Below, piece by piece: positions 1 to 21,231 of a stretch of DNA of 64,000 bases (position 1 is the stretch's first letter; each line of letters starts with the position of its first letter). The position numbers and the translations under genes were made by a program. Source of the stretch: Balanoglossus misakiensis. Lineage: Eukaryota > Animalia > Hemichordata. The stretch is taken from NCBI GenBank assembly GCA_040954595.2, contig CM082588.2:5468202-5532201 (forward strand), read 5' to 3'. Under the pieces are notes generated by a model that was given only the letters and a program-made list of their open reading frames with translations, was not told the DNA's origin and did not search any database.

Positions 1-9492
<9,492 letters not shown>

Positions 9493-11495
9493 CTTCTCTG
9501 ATCTTCGCGTGACCTGAAAATTTACTGACATTTACATCTTGCAGCACGTGGGCATTGAGAACCAAGCACTGTTGAAACCTGTCTCTATATCGCTCCATTC
9601 CTAAGAGAGACCCCCCCCCCACACACACAACGGCACACGCGATGTGACATGGCAAAGAAAGCTTGACTTCCTATACCGTGTTTACCAGAGGTCCTGACCA
9701 GAAACACAGGATGAACTTGACCCGAATGCCCAATCTTTGAAGCTACGTTTGAGACGTGCAGTTCAAAGAGAACCTGATCCCACTGTTTATCGTCAACTTC
9801 GTGGTCTCCGGCAGTGGAGACTGGCGTGACGATGGAATGAAAACATACGCACACGCTGTGTATAATCTCGGCGGAGTGTATTCATTCAGCATGGACATTG
9901 AAACCTCCGTGGACGCTGAAACGCTTTGAGGGTAATTATTTTCTAGTGATACCTCGCCCAAGGACTCCTCGCCAGAGACAGGGGTTGATATCGTGAAAAA
10001 AAGAGTACACGCATTTATATACATGTATAGGTCAACAAGCCATTTGTTTTTGCACAAAAGTGAAATTTCTACTCGAAGAAACCACTGCTCACAAAAAAAC
10101 AATGATATACCAATATATATAGATTACAATATATAACTTGCCTAGTCCAGCCTTGACGCTGATATCGATGCAAAGATCTTGTTTAGTTATTTTTGGATGG
10201 TGACGGTCTGGCTGAGGATCAGTGTCTTAATTAACCGTAGAGAATTTGATTATGAATTTGTTGCTGTCAGATATACCAATCTATACTCTCCGGGTTGATC
10301 GACAAGCTGCCAGTGTTTCATAAGTCGCTAAGCTATGTACGCGACCCCAGAAAAATGCATCAATGGGCGAAGCTTAGTTTTAATAGCTAGAGCACGACTT
10401 TCGTCACTTTGCGCAGGTATATTTACTCCCGAGCGACACACGCGATAGTGGGGTCGCCGTAGTGTAACACAAATACCCCCTGTCGAGCAAACCAAACGAA
10501 CAAACAAGGCAGGCCAGATTGCACAATATTGGGACTGATATTGGCACACAGTTGACACCGAGACAAACTTATAAATCATATTTCTCTTTTGTTTGCTTGT
10601 TTGCAGTACGAACACAGATATCATTCTTTGTTTGGGCGAGCTGGTTAGTTTGGAGAAATTCTGTGCTCACGAATTGAATGTATTTCTAGCTGTTCTTCGT
10701 CAACGCTGGGATAAATATCACGTATTGTAGTCTGACCACCGATATAAAATATCTCAATAAAATGTCTTATAGTCTATACCCGAGTGTCAGGTTTCTATTC
10801 GCGACTATTTTGTTTGTTAACCTTTTTTGCTCAATTGGAAAAAAATACTTGCAACGGTGACCCTGAGTTCGATTTTACAAGACAGTTCCAGTGTTAAAGC
10901 CGAGACTTATGATTAGTTACCGTGACAACAGTGGTATCTTTAGCAGCAAAGCACTACGGACTGCAATAAAATAACCTACTACTGGCAGCCAAGATAGGTA
11001 AGTCAACTTGGAACAAACAGCTCTGTTCTTTGATTTATGGCGACTGTGTTTGCTCGACGCCAGTCTGATCAGAAACGTGCAGGTTATCTGATCAAGGCAG
11101 GGAAAGTCAATATTGAGTTCGGAAAATAAGAGGCGTTAAATGTCTTAACGATATCGCCATCGATTCTTGACGAGATAGGAACAGCTATATCGAAATGTGA
11201 ATAAGCGGCTTGTGACCAGCAAAAGGCAAAACCGAGTGTACCAAGTTATCCCATCGCATGCAAACGTTGGGACAATGGGTTTTTCGAGCAGAAACTCAGT
11301 TACCCTCGCCAGAATAAGATGGATCATTCCTAAATCGAAGTTTTAGCAACATTGCCATATATAATGTACATGTGTATTTCACTCTCTTGAGTTCATATCA
11401 TGTCTCTTCACCGATCCATAAAAGAATTGTTCAGTACGATCCACAGGTAACCAAATATCATGTACAGCCTGAAAGTTTATAACTAAACCGCTTAC

Positions 11496-12568
11496 CTGCT
11501 AAAAGACGAACGACTCGACCGAAAACCGTATGCGGAGTCTATATGTCACGGCGAGAACTGGTCCTTCAGCAGTCTGCCTACACCAGAGTACAATGCTGAA
11601 TGATTGGTCTAATCTGGAAAATCCTCCAGTTTGTACCACCTAGCTTGGTCACTGGACGACTCTGTATGCCACCCACGGAATAGAAGCTGCAAGTCACGAA
11701 GTTTGAGGAGTGAAGCGCCACCACAAGAATTTTCTCTCTCGCCATCCTCTGTTGAAGGGGAACAAACGAGGGTGCACCCCCGGTGAAAATGCTTTTTTGT
11801 TTCTCATTATTTTAGGGTAAATGTGTCAGTTTATACGCCATAAAAGTCAGTTGGAACGCCAGAGGAAAAATCGCTGATACAGATTTGAAGGGGGCAGAAT
11901 TGTTAATGTACGAATTTCATGCAAAATTGGACTACAATTGATTTACGAAGATCCGCAAAAAGCGGCATATCACGTGACCGCTGTGCAAATAATTGTTCGG
12001 GTTCCCCTATATCTGGTCTATAAAAAATATATGTTAGATCATCCTTATAACCAATTTTGTATATAAACCCTTGGCCCGGGGTCGCATTTCAGCGATGCTC
12101 CGCAAGAGGAAGGGCCAACCATCCGCAGGCTTTTATGAACGACCCAAATTCCTACGACCACCCTCCCGTAAGAACTGACTAATCCCTTAGAACACACTGC
12201 GCTGTCACTGTTATGTCTGGATTTATCAAACGAACGGGGCCAGATTTCAGATTTGTAATAAAACACTGCGCACACAACATATATTCATTTGTTACTTCCC
12301 GTTTTGAAGTATCAAAGGAAACTGCCCATTTTCTTTCCACAGTTCCCGGTTCCTAACACCGTATGCAAAACCATGTGAAGCTTTAACCAGGGCGCCGCGG
12401 TCGGCTTCGTGCTCACAATAAAACACGCACAGCGACGGGTCAGTGGCCCTCCTCAACACACCACATAACTGCGAGCGTAGGCCAACTTATTTAAATCATA
12501 CCCACAATTCAGCAGGAAGTGTTCCGCATTTCCATCATAGTACAGTGTTCGGGCGACCGTGTCTCCAG
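11496..12568. promoter_or_regulatory. Probable divergent promoter region with non-coding first exons of the cadherin (minus) and the orphan TM gene (plus)
   Basis: Strong minus-strand donor CAG|GTAAGC (exon edge 11496) could pair with the acceptor at 9513. Plus-strand donor CAG|GTAAGA at 12568/12569 could pair with the acceptor ttccag at 13151. A CCAAT (minus) lies near 11605. Confidence 0.4.
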
Positions 12569-13194
12569 GTAAGAAAGGCAGAAAACGGCCATTTTTGTTA
12601 ATTTCCTATAAGCAACAATATTATATAGGACATCGAAAAGTAAGCGTCTGTTCTTCACTGCAGCCTGGTTGTATCTGACTCTGTGTTTTTATTCATTCAT
12701 TCCTTCAATCAACTAGACTAGTTTACAGCCACCGACCCTAAAGCATTAGTAGTCCTACACCCTTTAAGTTTTTATTTCCGTGACCACGAAACGAGCACGA
12801 CACACATGTAAATCGATATTGTTTGTTACAATTACACCCAAAGTTTAGCACGGCGTACAAAATCTATCAAATTTGTGTGTGTTACTTTGAGTGGAATTCG
12901 TTCCACAAAAAAAAAGAATCGAAACATGCATTGGGATATATGCAGAAAAATAACATTTTATTGAAGGGAAGAAGTTGTGTGTTTTTAATTTGGTATTTTG
13001 GTGAACTTCCTCTGTGAACCTCAGTGTAAATCATCTCGCAATGAGCATGCGTGAAACTGCCATTGTACATTACCAAATTCTCCTATGAATTTTCAACGCG
13101 ATTTTGCGGGGTTTTTTCTTGAACTTTTGGTTATTTTTTGCATGATTCCAGGGTAAAAGAGCCGGATGAAGGATTTCGACGACCATTAACTGCC

Positions 13195-14235
13195 ATGACG
13201 TCACTCCTCACCGAAGCAAACTTGCCCGTTTTGGTTTCTATAGTATGGGTTCTCAATTTTCATTTGTTGGCGGGGATACGTGACTACAGCTGGGACAGCA
13301 TCGCAGGATATCAAGAAAATTCTGTCCACGACGGAAGTAGCCAGTTCCTGTCAGGGTTCGCTTGGCTTCCGACGTGCGCTGATGAAGAACGTCGGGTACT
13401 GACCTCTTGCGATAAAGAGCGGTTTTGCTGTACATTCAGCAGCAGATGGAAAGCTGATAATATTCATGATATTGGAGAGTATGCCACCAATAGCGCGTCC
13501 AGAGGAGGGGGCAGGGTGGATGCTGATTGGCTAATGGTCGGAGGTGGGTTATTTCTGCTCGGTTTGACAGCGGCTGGGTGCGCGTGTTTCCAGTTCAACA
13601 GCAAGTATGAGGTCGACTTGAAGGACGAGATTGGCGGGCAGAATTCGGCCAACCACGGCGAAGGCAACGGAATACCCGGCAGAGATTCCCAGAGAATTTC
13701 TGTCACCGTGGACGACATAGAGCCGTCAGACGAGAGCGATTTCACGGTGCCAGTCTTGGTGAGGGCGCGATGGACCAAGAGTGTGATCATCGAAGAGGGC
13801 GAAAGTGTCACCAACCAGTTGCACGTAACCCATGATGGTGACGATGATGACGAAGACCGGAAAGGTGATTTGACGCGCCTCGATCTGGCGGAGATACAGA
13901 CAGAATACATCCGCAGGTCGCTAGGCGAAGCGGCGATGATGGCTTGGAAGGAGGAGGGGGAGAGAGACGAGAAGGGGGATGCGGAACCAGAGACAGCACA
14001 CCCGTCGTCTGAAACCGACCTGGTATCCGGGGCTCCTGGCGAAGATGTGACTACTGCGACGGTCGAGAATCACGTGGAAGTGTCTACGGTTCTACCGAGT
14101 GAGGCGTCGGATGCAGACGACAAACGGATGTCGTCACGGTCGCAGAGCAGTGAAGACGAGAGCCAGAATGAAAATGGTGAGAATATAATACATTTGCCGC
14201 CGAATGACCAAACAACCCACCCCAATTCCCCGTAG
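13195..14235 (+). CDS. Uncharacterised single-pass membrane protein (346 aa): N-terminal hydrophobic segment, small Cys cluster, TM helix, long acidic tail
   Basis: 365-codon ORF with a good-context ATG at 13195 (gccATGa) downstream of a splice acceptor at 13151. Hydrophobic LPVLVSIVWVLNFHLLAG; C-x10-C-x5-CC; TM WLMVGGGLFLLGLTAAGCACF; D/E/S-rich tail. Confidence 0.75.
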   Translation: MTSLLTEANLPVLVSIVWVLNFHLLAGIRDYSWDSIAGYQENSVHDGSSQFLSGFAWLPTCADEERRVLTSCDKERFCCTFSSRWKADNIHDIGEYATNSASRGGGRVDADWLMVGGGLFLLGLTAAGCACFQFNSKYEVDLKDEIGGQNSANHGEGNGIPGRDSQRISVTVDDIEPSDESDFTVPVLVRARWTKSVIIEEGESVTNQLHVTHDGDDDDEDRKGDLTRLDLAEIQTEYIRRSLGEAAMMAWKEEGERDEKGDAEPETAHPSSETDLVSGAPGEDVTTATVENHVEVSTVLPSEASDADDKRMSSRSQSSEDESQNENGENIIHLPPNDQTTHPNSP

Positions 14236-17200
14236 ACGTCGTTTGTTTATACATAATTATTCTGTAGGAGAAGTGCATGGAAAAATACATCAAGCCCAGA
14301 ATGCATGAAATTTAGAGTTAAATAAAGAAAAACATATCAAGTTCAGTATGCATGATATTCCAAGTTATATCAAGACAAAAGCATGGCATATATTTAAAAA
14401 ACTTCGAAGTACTTGTACCATAAAATAAAACCCCTTTTCTCCACTTCCAGTGGTCGAAGAGGGCGCTCTGTCCGGCACCTCATTCTGATTCCACACGGCC
14501 GTGCCTTTTCAAAGAGGACTTTTTACAGTGGACTCAAGTTACTCTCAATGGACGTACTACTCGTCATCACTGGACATTTTATCTTAACCTATACTGGGCG
14601 CAAAAGACATTTTGTCGTCCTTTAATTTCATGTAACAACAAAGGAAAAGACTCGCGTGTGTTACTCAGATTCTGCGACGGGACGTTGTATATCCCAAACA
14701 GACGGTGGACGGACGGATAAATAAATAAGCAGAAAGAAAACATTCTTCTTCACACTCTCGAAAGTAGCTCTATAAGTTAGTTGAAGGAAATGGAATGGCT
14801 TCTTAGACACTGGCCGTCTTGGTCGCCTGCCCTTCAATGCATGTCGACACCTGCCAATGATACCCATGCCTTCTAGTGACTATGAGGTGGCAAATTTTTG
14901 TGTGGCCGGTCAAGCCAAACGTTGTCGTTGATTGGCTCGAACCACAGGACTGTTTGAACGTCACGTCCCTAAACAGATGTTTGGTTTGCATAGGTTATCC
15001 TTTGAAATATCGTCAGCAATTACCTACACAGTGTTAGTCATTTGCCTGGCGTTGTAGCATTCATCATGCAAATGGTTTGGGTCTTAATATGTAAAGCAGA
15101 AGAACAATGCAGACTTCGTAAACAAATCACCGCCATCTGCGTAATTCTTGCTGTTGTGGTAGCGCTTGTTGGCGATTCGCCAGCGCGCGAAGTCAACAAA
15201 TTGGGACTATTGTCACGGACTTCATTCAGAGACCCAGAATAATGGACTGTAATTTGTAAGGCAGTTACGTTAGTTGAAGAAGCCGGTTTACGTAATTATC
15301 GTTAAGTGACATGAGCGCCAATATACTTAGGGTTAATTTCCATGCTTGAATTTTGTAAATAGAGCGGTTAATTACTAGTTGTGACTAGTTACTGTTCTTC
15401 AATAGTAATCTTCTTTGTAACTGAGACACGCGCAAGAAGTAACAATGATTTGCTCAAATTTACAAACGTTCTTCAAATAGCATGCTACATGTATATGCAC
15501 GCTGGGCTTAAAGTCCCGATATAAACTGCATTTTGATATTATTTTCATGATTTTGTATTATATTCACGATTTTACTTTCAAACTTAGTATAATCCAATTA
15601 AATTGGCTTACTGATGGGTATATACAAACATTTATAATAATTGTCAACTTTTGATTGTGGCTGTAAATTGAAACATAAACAAGCTTGCGGGTCGCTGTCT
15701 GTAACGTCTGGCTATTTTGCAGTATCTTGGTTTTGTAAATCAAGTATATTTCTTGTACTTCTCCCTAGTTTCCCAACTGCCAAATTTTCTGTACAGAGCA
15801 TTCAAGTTGACACACGCAGTCAAGTCCAGGCTTGAATGCAGTTTTTAAACAGCAACAACAATGTCGACTGTACACACAACACTTACGTTGAGAAGATTAG
15901 CTCTATGCACGCCCATTGCAAGAGTACACACAAATATCGTGGTATCCGCACGTGGGTATTAGGACATTCACAAATTTAAAATGGTGTCGTCTGTCCACTA
16001 AAGATATCATATGGAGAACTTTGAATTATTATCTTTACTTGACCCCCCCCCCCCCCCCCATCTTGCTGACGCCGATCCTTTCTTGACAATTGCCATCATT
16101 TAGGAAAACATGCACTTGTTTGTTGTATTCTTGAACTACAAACGCACCCACCACATCAGCTTTACGAGCGACCGACACAAAGTGGCCATTTCATGACACG
16201 GCTAATTAACACGCCTACATTTCAGCGTGCATTCACCTTGCAATCGATTTCCCCATTCCCCGGCGGACACGAACGTGTTATCGATTATTTCATAGTCCCC
16301 CCAGGGGAAGTCGTTTTGTGGGCCTGTAGGTAGCGATGTTGGAGTTTATACTCGGTTAGGGAATCGACATCTTGTTCGTCCTAATACATGTACACTGAAA
16401 CTAGTAGCTGCAGTTTCAATGAAGATGTGACAGATATAGAAATACTAGGGATGCAGGTAGATTTACGTTGTGTTTCTTTTCATTCCCAACAAACTCCAAG
16501 TTAAACAGAAAAAAACATAAATCTCGCAGCCTGAGGGATATATTTAACGAGAGTTGGCAAATTGTTATTGGCATAATTTCACATGTCGGACAATGCATCT
16601 ACAAGTAGAACGTGTTCAGCAATCGTCACGGCCCGGCGCCTGAATCAATCCTTGTATTTTAGTACATGAATAAAGCGATTGTTCCGAAGTGTTCCACAAT
16701 ATTATTGTTATTATTCCACCATGTTCTGCCTTCGGGCAAAGTACCCGACCCTGCTCCGACGACAAAATTCTGTCGGCTGAACTACACATGACAGGTTGCA
16801 GTTTGACCTTATTAGGGTTCGATAGCAATATTTTCCATGTAGGTAACATTGAGATTGGTCGCCATTTTGAATGTGAAATTTCAGATAATTTTTCTCTGTC
16901 ATCAAAAATTTTGCACGATAACCCCTTATTTTTATTCCCAAATTTTTGATAAAACAATGTCAGGAGTTGGTTTGGGGCAAAATATGGGAAAACGTTTAAG
17001 ATTTTGATTTACAGGGCGCGTGCTAACTTCAACTGCAGTGTAGTTTTTAATATCACGTGTTGTTTTTTTATATGTTAGTCCCTGGTGACGTCAGGTCCTC
17101 GTGCCGACACACAGCTCCTTAAAGAATGGGAACAAACTCAAATACGCCACTCAAAGAACATAACGCGCGACCTGGACGATGGCAGACATTACTGGCGCAT

Positions 17201-19230
17201 GGCTGGCGTGCGAATGCGGCCGCCATCGTCTCCCATGACAACGTCCCTTGTGATTGTTGCACGGTGTGCCAGAGAGTCCCCATAGCAACCAGCTTCTTCC
17301 ATTTTACAAGGAAGGGGGATGTGACCATTTTGCTTTTCAGGGTCGGTGAATATGAACAAAAGCCACGCGGTCGAGTGATTATCGAAGCCCCACAGGTAAT
17401 GAGTCCACAGCGCTGATACACTACACAGAATGCCCGTCATCCAGGGGGTGTATTATTGTTGGTCGAGATTTTCTGTCTTATATTGTCGTGACATGTTGGT
17501 GCGATCTCCCTACACGCATCTCACGAGCAAGATTGCCGTGGTCGCCATTTCAGCCCCGTCACTGTGCCGAGTTAATGATTCGGTCCCCAGCAGTGTTACC
17601 TGATTAATATCCACAGTTTCCAACTTCAAGTTCAACCGTTTGCACACTATTCTGGTCATACCTGATCAAAAAATAAGCACTGAGATTTCAGACGAAGTAC
17701 AACCAATTCGGGGAGTAATTACACAATTTGGCAAACGGGGACATTTACACGTGTATTCCTTGGCTCCAACCTTTCCCACGAACGTCAAATGTGAAAAACG
17801 ACACCAAATGACCTTATGGCACCAGGCTGTATTTCTGTCCCATTTTCATTGTCCAGGCAACAAAAACGTTTACTTCACCCCGAAATGGCTGCTTTACCTT
17901 CGCAGTATAAACTTTGTTTAGGATTCTCGATGGATTAATGGGGCCAAAATGACTAATTTCACCACGTTATGACCCGTGTAGACACAGTCATCTGAAACAC
18001 CGTTGCCCAACAGATAATGCTCGTCTTGTCACGGCTTGACTCGCGGACCAAACTACACCCCGGGCCATTTTCTTTGTTCCGCCATTTCGATACAAGGAGA
18101 GGAGTGAGCGATCATACAGATATTCACAGTGTTCTGCACTTCGCCCTGCTTGCCTACAGGGTTCAGTTTATGTAAAGCTTTATTTCACATATATGCATTT
18201 AATTAGGGCCCAGGGCAAATTCCAATACCTTTTACCGGCCGAATGTCATTGAACTAGTAGTACTAGCTTCCTTCTGTGTTTACGCTGTCTGCACGTGTAC
18301 CTTGTACTAAACAGTATTGTGACATATTACTGTGATATTTCGCTTTGTAGTACCGAGGTTGATCATGATACCCTTTCTTCTATTCAATGTTAGACGCCCT
18401 CAATATTTTTTGTTTGACGTCATCAAATTAAATTAAACACAACCCTTTGTATGGAAATAGCCATTGTTATATTATGGCATTTTAAAATTGATATTGATAA
18501 GGCTCATTATAATGACAGATTCTTTATTGTAGAGGGCACCAGAAAATACTTCAGTCACCTACTTATCCTTGGCCGACGGGCGACACCATTTTGATTTGTG
18601 AAGATTCTATTATTTAAGTGGGGCAGTGTAAAATTGAGAGTGAAATCGTGATTTGCAAAAAAATGGCAGCACATTGGGGCTTTAATCGACTTGAAACAAA
18701 TCTTAAAGCCAGCACGAACGTGTTTGTGTTGACCACCTGTCGATTCATGCGAGTGCGACGTCCTCGATGACTCGGGCTGTTACTTACACCGACTGCGGGA
18801 ACATTGGAGACCGGGGGGTCGAGGGGTCGGTCGTCGATCTGAAGATGACAGCGAGACTTCTCCTATACTCTGACAAAAAAAGAGCGCGCCAACAATGGCT
18901 TTTATTCCAACGCATGAGTGAACGTCCATTATGTGTACGACGAAAGTACTGCATGTCCGTTCATGTCCCACCAATGAAAGTAGTCGGGTTAAAAGCTTGA
19001 AATTGTAAACAGATTTGGAGCCCGCAATGCAAATATCGCGCCAACTGGCTCAAAAGATGGTACCCGCGACGACGTTCGTTCACCGTGTGAGCAGCATGAA
19101 TAGTTAATTCTGAACTATTGTCCTGTTTGTTATTGTGATCGATGCCAGCAACACGTTCTCGGCGGACGGCGAAGGAACTGTCATTACCGAACCGCTGTAG
19201 TTGTCGTCCAGTGCCACGGTGTAGGCGACT

Positions 19231-21231
19231 ATGGATCTGCGGGAAAGGACCTTTCTCGTCCTACTGTCTGCTGTCCTGATTGCTACCTGCGCAGTTGGCG
19301 GACTGTTACCAGGCACCAGCACGCGCTTCGCTGTCCAACCAGCGGACCAGGTGGTTGTCTTCGAGCACGGCTCGCCTGTCACGTCCGCTGTCGAGCTGCA
19401 GTGCCAAATCGAGAATCTGCAACCAGACCAGAAGGTCTCCTGGATCAAGGACGACGTTGTTGTCAGTGACGACGACGCAATGCGCGGCGACGCTCAGGCG
19501 GCGATGCTGGTCGACTACAGGTACAGCGTCGACGCCGACGTGGAGAGCGGTCGGTACAATCTGCGGATCATAGCCATCGATATTTCTCGCACAAGGTTCG
19601 ACGCCGGCAGCTATTACTGTGCCGTCTCGGCGGACACGGACGATGATGTGGTGATTCGGTCGAGAACAGCCGTGCTGATAATTTACGTTACGCCTCGGTC
19701 TTCGGACCCTCGGTGTCAGTCGTGGACCGACGACCGTGCGGAAATAACGACCGAGACAATTTTCACAGAGGGGCAGTCCGTTACTCTGTCCTGTGACTCC
19801 GACCTGGGCGATCCACCGGTGGTTTCGCTCTCGTGGTCCAGTAACCATGGCAGCGGTGTCATTCCCGCGACCAGACAGGGCACCGGGGACGACGGACGCT
19901 CGTTTATCGAGCTTGATCTAGCGCTGTCCGGCGACGACCACGGCGTCGCGTTCACCTGCACCAGCCATCACCCGGGCTACAACTACCAAGCGGCCGCCGA
20001 GGTAAAACAATGCACCGCCGGGCCTTTCAACGTGCGGCACAGACCCGAAGTCACGGTGACACCGACGTCCGCGACGGTCACAGCGGACAGCGACGTGGCG
20101 ACTTTCACGTGCGCGGCGTCCGGGAACCCGGCCGTCACCGCATTCCAATGGGCGTGCGACGGCGAGCTGGACGCCTTGGGGTGCAGTGGAATAGCGCTCG
20201 GTCAGGGTGGAAGCGTTTCTCTGACCGGGTTTTCCGGGATCAGAAACGGTCGGTACAATGTCACGTGCGAGGCAGGGAATGGTATTGGCACCGACACGGG
20301 TACTGGAGTCGTCATAGTCAACATACAAGACGGGGATAGACAGAACGATTCGGTGGTCACCCCACCACACGGCCTGTACACGCCCCTCCCCAGCGGAAAA
20401 ACGCGGAGAGTCTTCGTGACGCCGAACGGGAACGACAAGACCGTGGTGATCGTCGCCTCCGTGTTCGGAGCAGTGGGTGTGATCATTGCCGTGGTTTTCG
20501 CCACATGTTTTGTAGTCTACCGAATGCGAAAGAGACCGCGGCGTTTCAACGCGGATCAAAATATCAGCATCAGTGTCCACCACGAAGTGCCTTCATCCGA
20601 CTCGGAGAGCGTCCTGACCGAGAAGGAATACCTTTCCGACATCGGGGTCGACAACCAACCCAGCCAGGCGATGATATACGACATGGTGCAGGCGGTGGAA
20701 GGCACCACCATCGCAAACACCCTGGGGAAATTTATTGTGAACGGCAAAGCCCACAAACCGGTCGAAAACGGACATTATCGGGAACCTGTGAGGAGAGGGA
20801 GTTTTCAAGAAGCTGTTGCGAAGAAGGCCGGCGAGCCTGATGCCGTCAAAAATACAGACTGGGTATCCGAAGAAAAGGGAAAACTTCGGGAACCTGTAAA
20901 GAGGGTCAGTTTCCAGGACCCCGTCGACCACGACGACGGCATCGGCGGGTCTGTGACCAGCGCGACTTGTCTGGAACCCGTCAAGAGAGTCACGTTCCAG
21001 GAGCCCGTGAACAATGTCAGTGATGACGAAACTCTGGACAGTGTATTTGACCAGGAATCTTTTGACAATTCAGGGAGTGTGCATGATGTGGATTATGAAG
21101 GACCTGCCGGGAATGTCAGGGAACCGGTTACAGCCGATTCTTTTCCGGGATCACCACGAAACGACGACAATCAAGAACTTGAAAATATTGAAGTGGACGT
21201 AGATCTCTCAACATTAGATACGTTAGTTTGA
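19231..21231 (+). CDS. Type I membrane immunoglobulin-superfamily receptor/adhesion protein with an intronless CDS (V-like + 2 C2/I-like Ig domains, nectin/KIRREL/CADM-like layout), 666 aa
   Basis: Signal peptide FLVLLSAVLIATCAVGG; Ig motifs VELQC..VSWIKD..YNLRI..DAGSYYC, VTLSC..SLSW..DDHGVAFTC, ATFTC..GNP..FQW..GRYNVTCEAGNGIG; TM VVIVASVFGAVGVIIAVVFATCFVVY followed by RMRKRPRR; C-terminus -DTLV. Confidence 0.93.
   Translation: MDLRERTFLVLLSAVLIATCAVGGLLPGTSTRFAVQPADQVVVFEHGSPVTSAVELQCQIENLQPDQKVSWIKDDVVVSDDDAMRGDAQAAMLVDYRYSVDADVESGRYNLRIIAIDISRTRFDAGSYYCAVSADTDDDVVIRSRTAVLIIYVTPRSSDPRCQSWTDDRAEITTETIFTEGQSVTLSCDSDLGDPPVVSLSWSSNHGSGVIPATRQGTGDDGRSFIELDLALSGDDHGVAFTCTSHHPGYNYQAAAEVKQCTAGPFNVRHRPEVTVTPTSATVTADSDVATFTCAASGNPAVTAFQWACDGELDALGCSGIALGQGGSVSLTGFSGIRNGRYNVTCEAGNGIGTDTGTGVVIVNIQDGDRQNDSVVTPPHGLYTPLPSGKTRRVFVTPNGNDKTVVIVASVFGAVGVIIAVVFATCFVVYRMRKRPRRFNADQNISISVHHEVPSSDSESVLTEKEYLSDIGVDNQPSQAMIYDMVQAVEGTTIANTLGKFIVNGKAHKPVENGHYREPVRRGSFQEAVAKKAGEPDAVKNTDWVSEEKGKLREPVKRVSFQDPVDHDDGIGGSVTSATCLEPVKRVTFQEPVNNVSDDETLDSVFDQESFDNSGSVHDVDYEGPAGNVREPVTADSFPGSPRNDDNQELENIEVDVDLSTLDTLV

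Noticed and set aside
19306-20931. Several 100-220 aa overlapping or antisense ORFs
   Set aside because: Shadows of the GC-rich Ig receptor CDS.
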